DNA of 64,000 nucleotides, from assembly GCA_051878575.1 (NCBI GenBank), contig JBJEKJ010000099.1, forward strand, positions 10,686 through 74,685. The letters run 5' to 3'. Numbering within the stretch: the stretch's first letter is position 1; each line of letters starts with the position of its first letter. Below, in pieces: positions 63,929 through 64,000 of the stretch. Origin of the DNA: Muribaculaceae bacterium. GTDB lineage: Bacteria; Bacteroidota; Bacteroidia; Bacteroidales; Muribaculaceae. Below the pieces are notes generated by a model. That model had not been told where the DNA came from. It ran no database searches and saw only the letters and a list, made by a program, of their open reading frames with translations. The position numbers and the translations under genes were made by a program.

Positions 63929-64000
63929 ATGTCAGTTACTAAACAAACTCGCGTTAATTTCGCATCCGTAAAAAATCCGCTACCATATCCCGATTTTTTG
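63929..64000 (+). CDS. rpoB: DNA-directed RNA polymerase beta subunit, N-terminal 24 codons (continues beyond the window)
   Basis: MSVTKQTRVNFASVKNPLPYPDFL matches the Bacteroidetes RpoB N-terminus. It sits in the conserved position after rplL. Confidence 0.85.
   Translation, partial: MSVTKQTRVNFASVKNPLPYPDFL

Overview
This 64 kb window looks like a Bacteroidales chromosome segment, possibly Muribaculaceae-like, though that guess has low confidence. The evidence is Bacteroidetes-type TTTG/TAnnTTTG promoters, almost no Shine-Dalgarno sites, a SusC/SusD pair, and four proteins with type IX secretion (T9SS) C-terminal sorting domains. Most of it is GC-rich housekeeping DNA. From left to right: the tail of an RND efflux operon, lpxA, rsmD, lpxB, a GH20 hexosaminidase, tRNA-Leu, argH, an M24B aminopeptidase, pyrC, a C10 protease, a Ca-ATPase, SusC/D and a GH13 amylase. 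The right end carries the conserved block rpsU, Xer recombinase, hpf, tRNA(Thr-Tyr-Gly-Thr), tuf, tRNA-Trp, secE, nusG, rplKAJL and the start of rpoB. I saw no rRNA, CRISPR array, IS element or prophage. Three visibly AT-richer accessory insertions stand out. (1) A two-gene restriction-modification cassette at 20.3-23.5 kb has unusual domain architecture in both genes. The m5C methyltransferase carries an insertion of about 190 aa, and the BcnI/MvaI/MutH-type nuclease has an unassigned N-terminal module. (2) A single-gene cassette at 29.0-29.8 kb encodes a winged-helix plus restriction-endonuclease-like protein with no partner methylase. (3) A mixed cluster at 47.4-53.9 kb holds an Rpn-family nuclease with a coding tandem repeat, a secreted LRR-caspase fusion, membrane and lipoprotein genes, and a membrane Ser/Thr kinase with a small partner. 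A structured intergenic repeat family of about 73 bp occurs at three loci. Each copy carries a Bacteroidetes -7 promoter box pointing at the adjacent gene, plus a hairpin whose stem differs in sequence but stays complementary between loci. All functional calls rest on motifs read from the translations. No database search was run.
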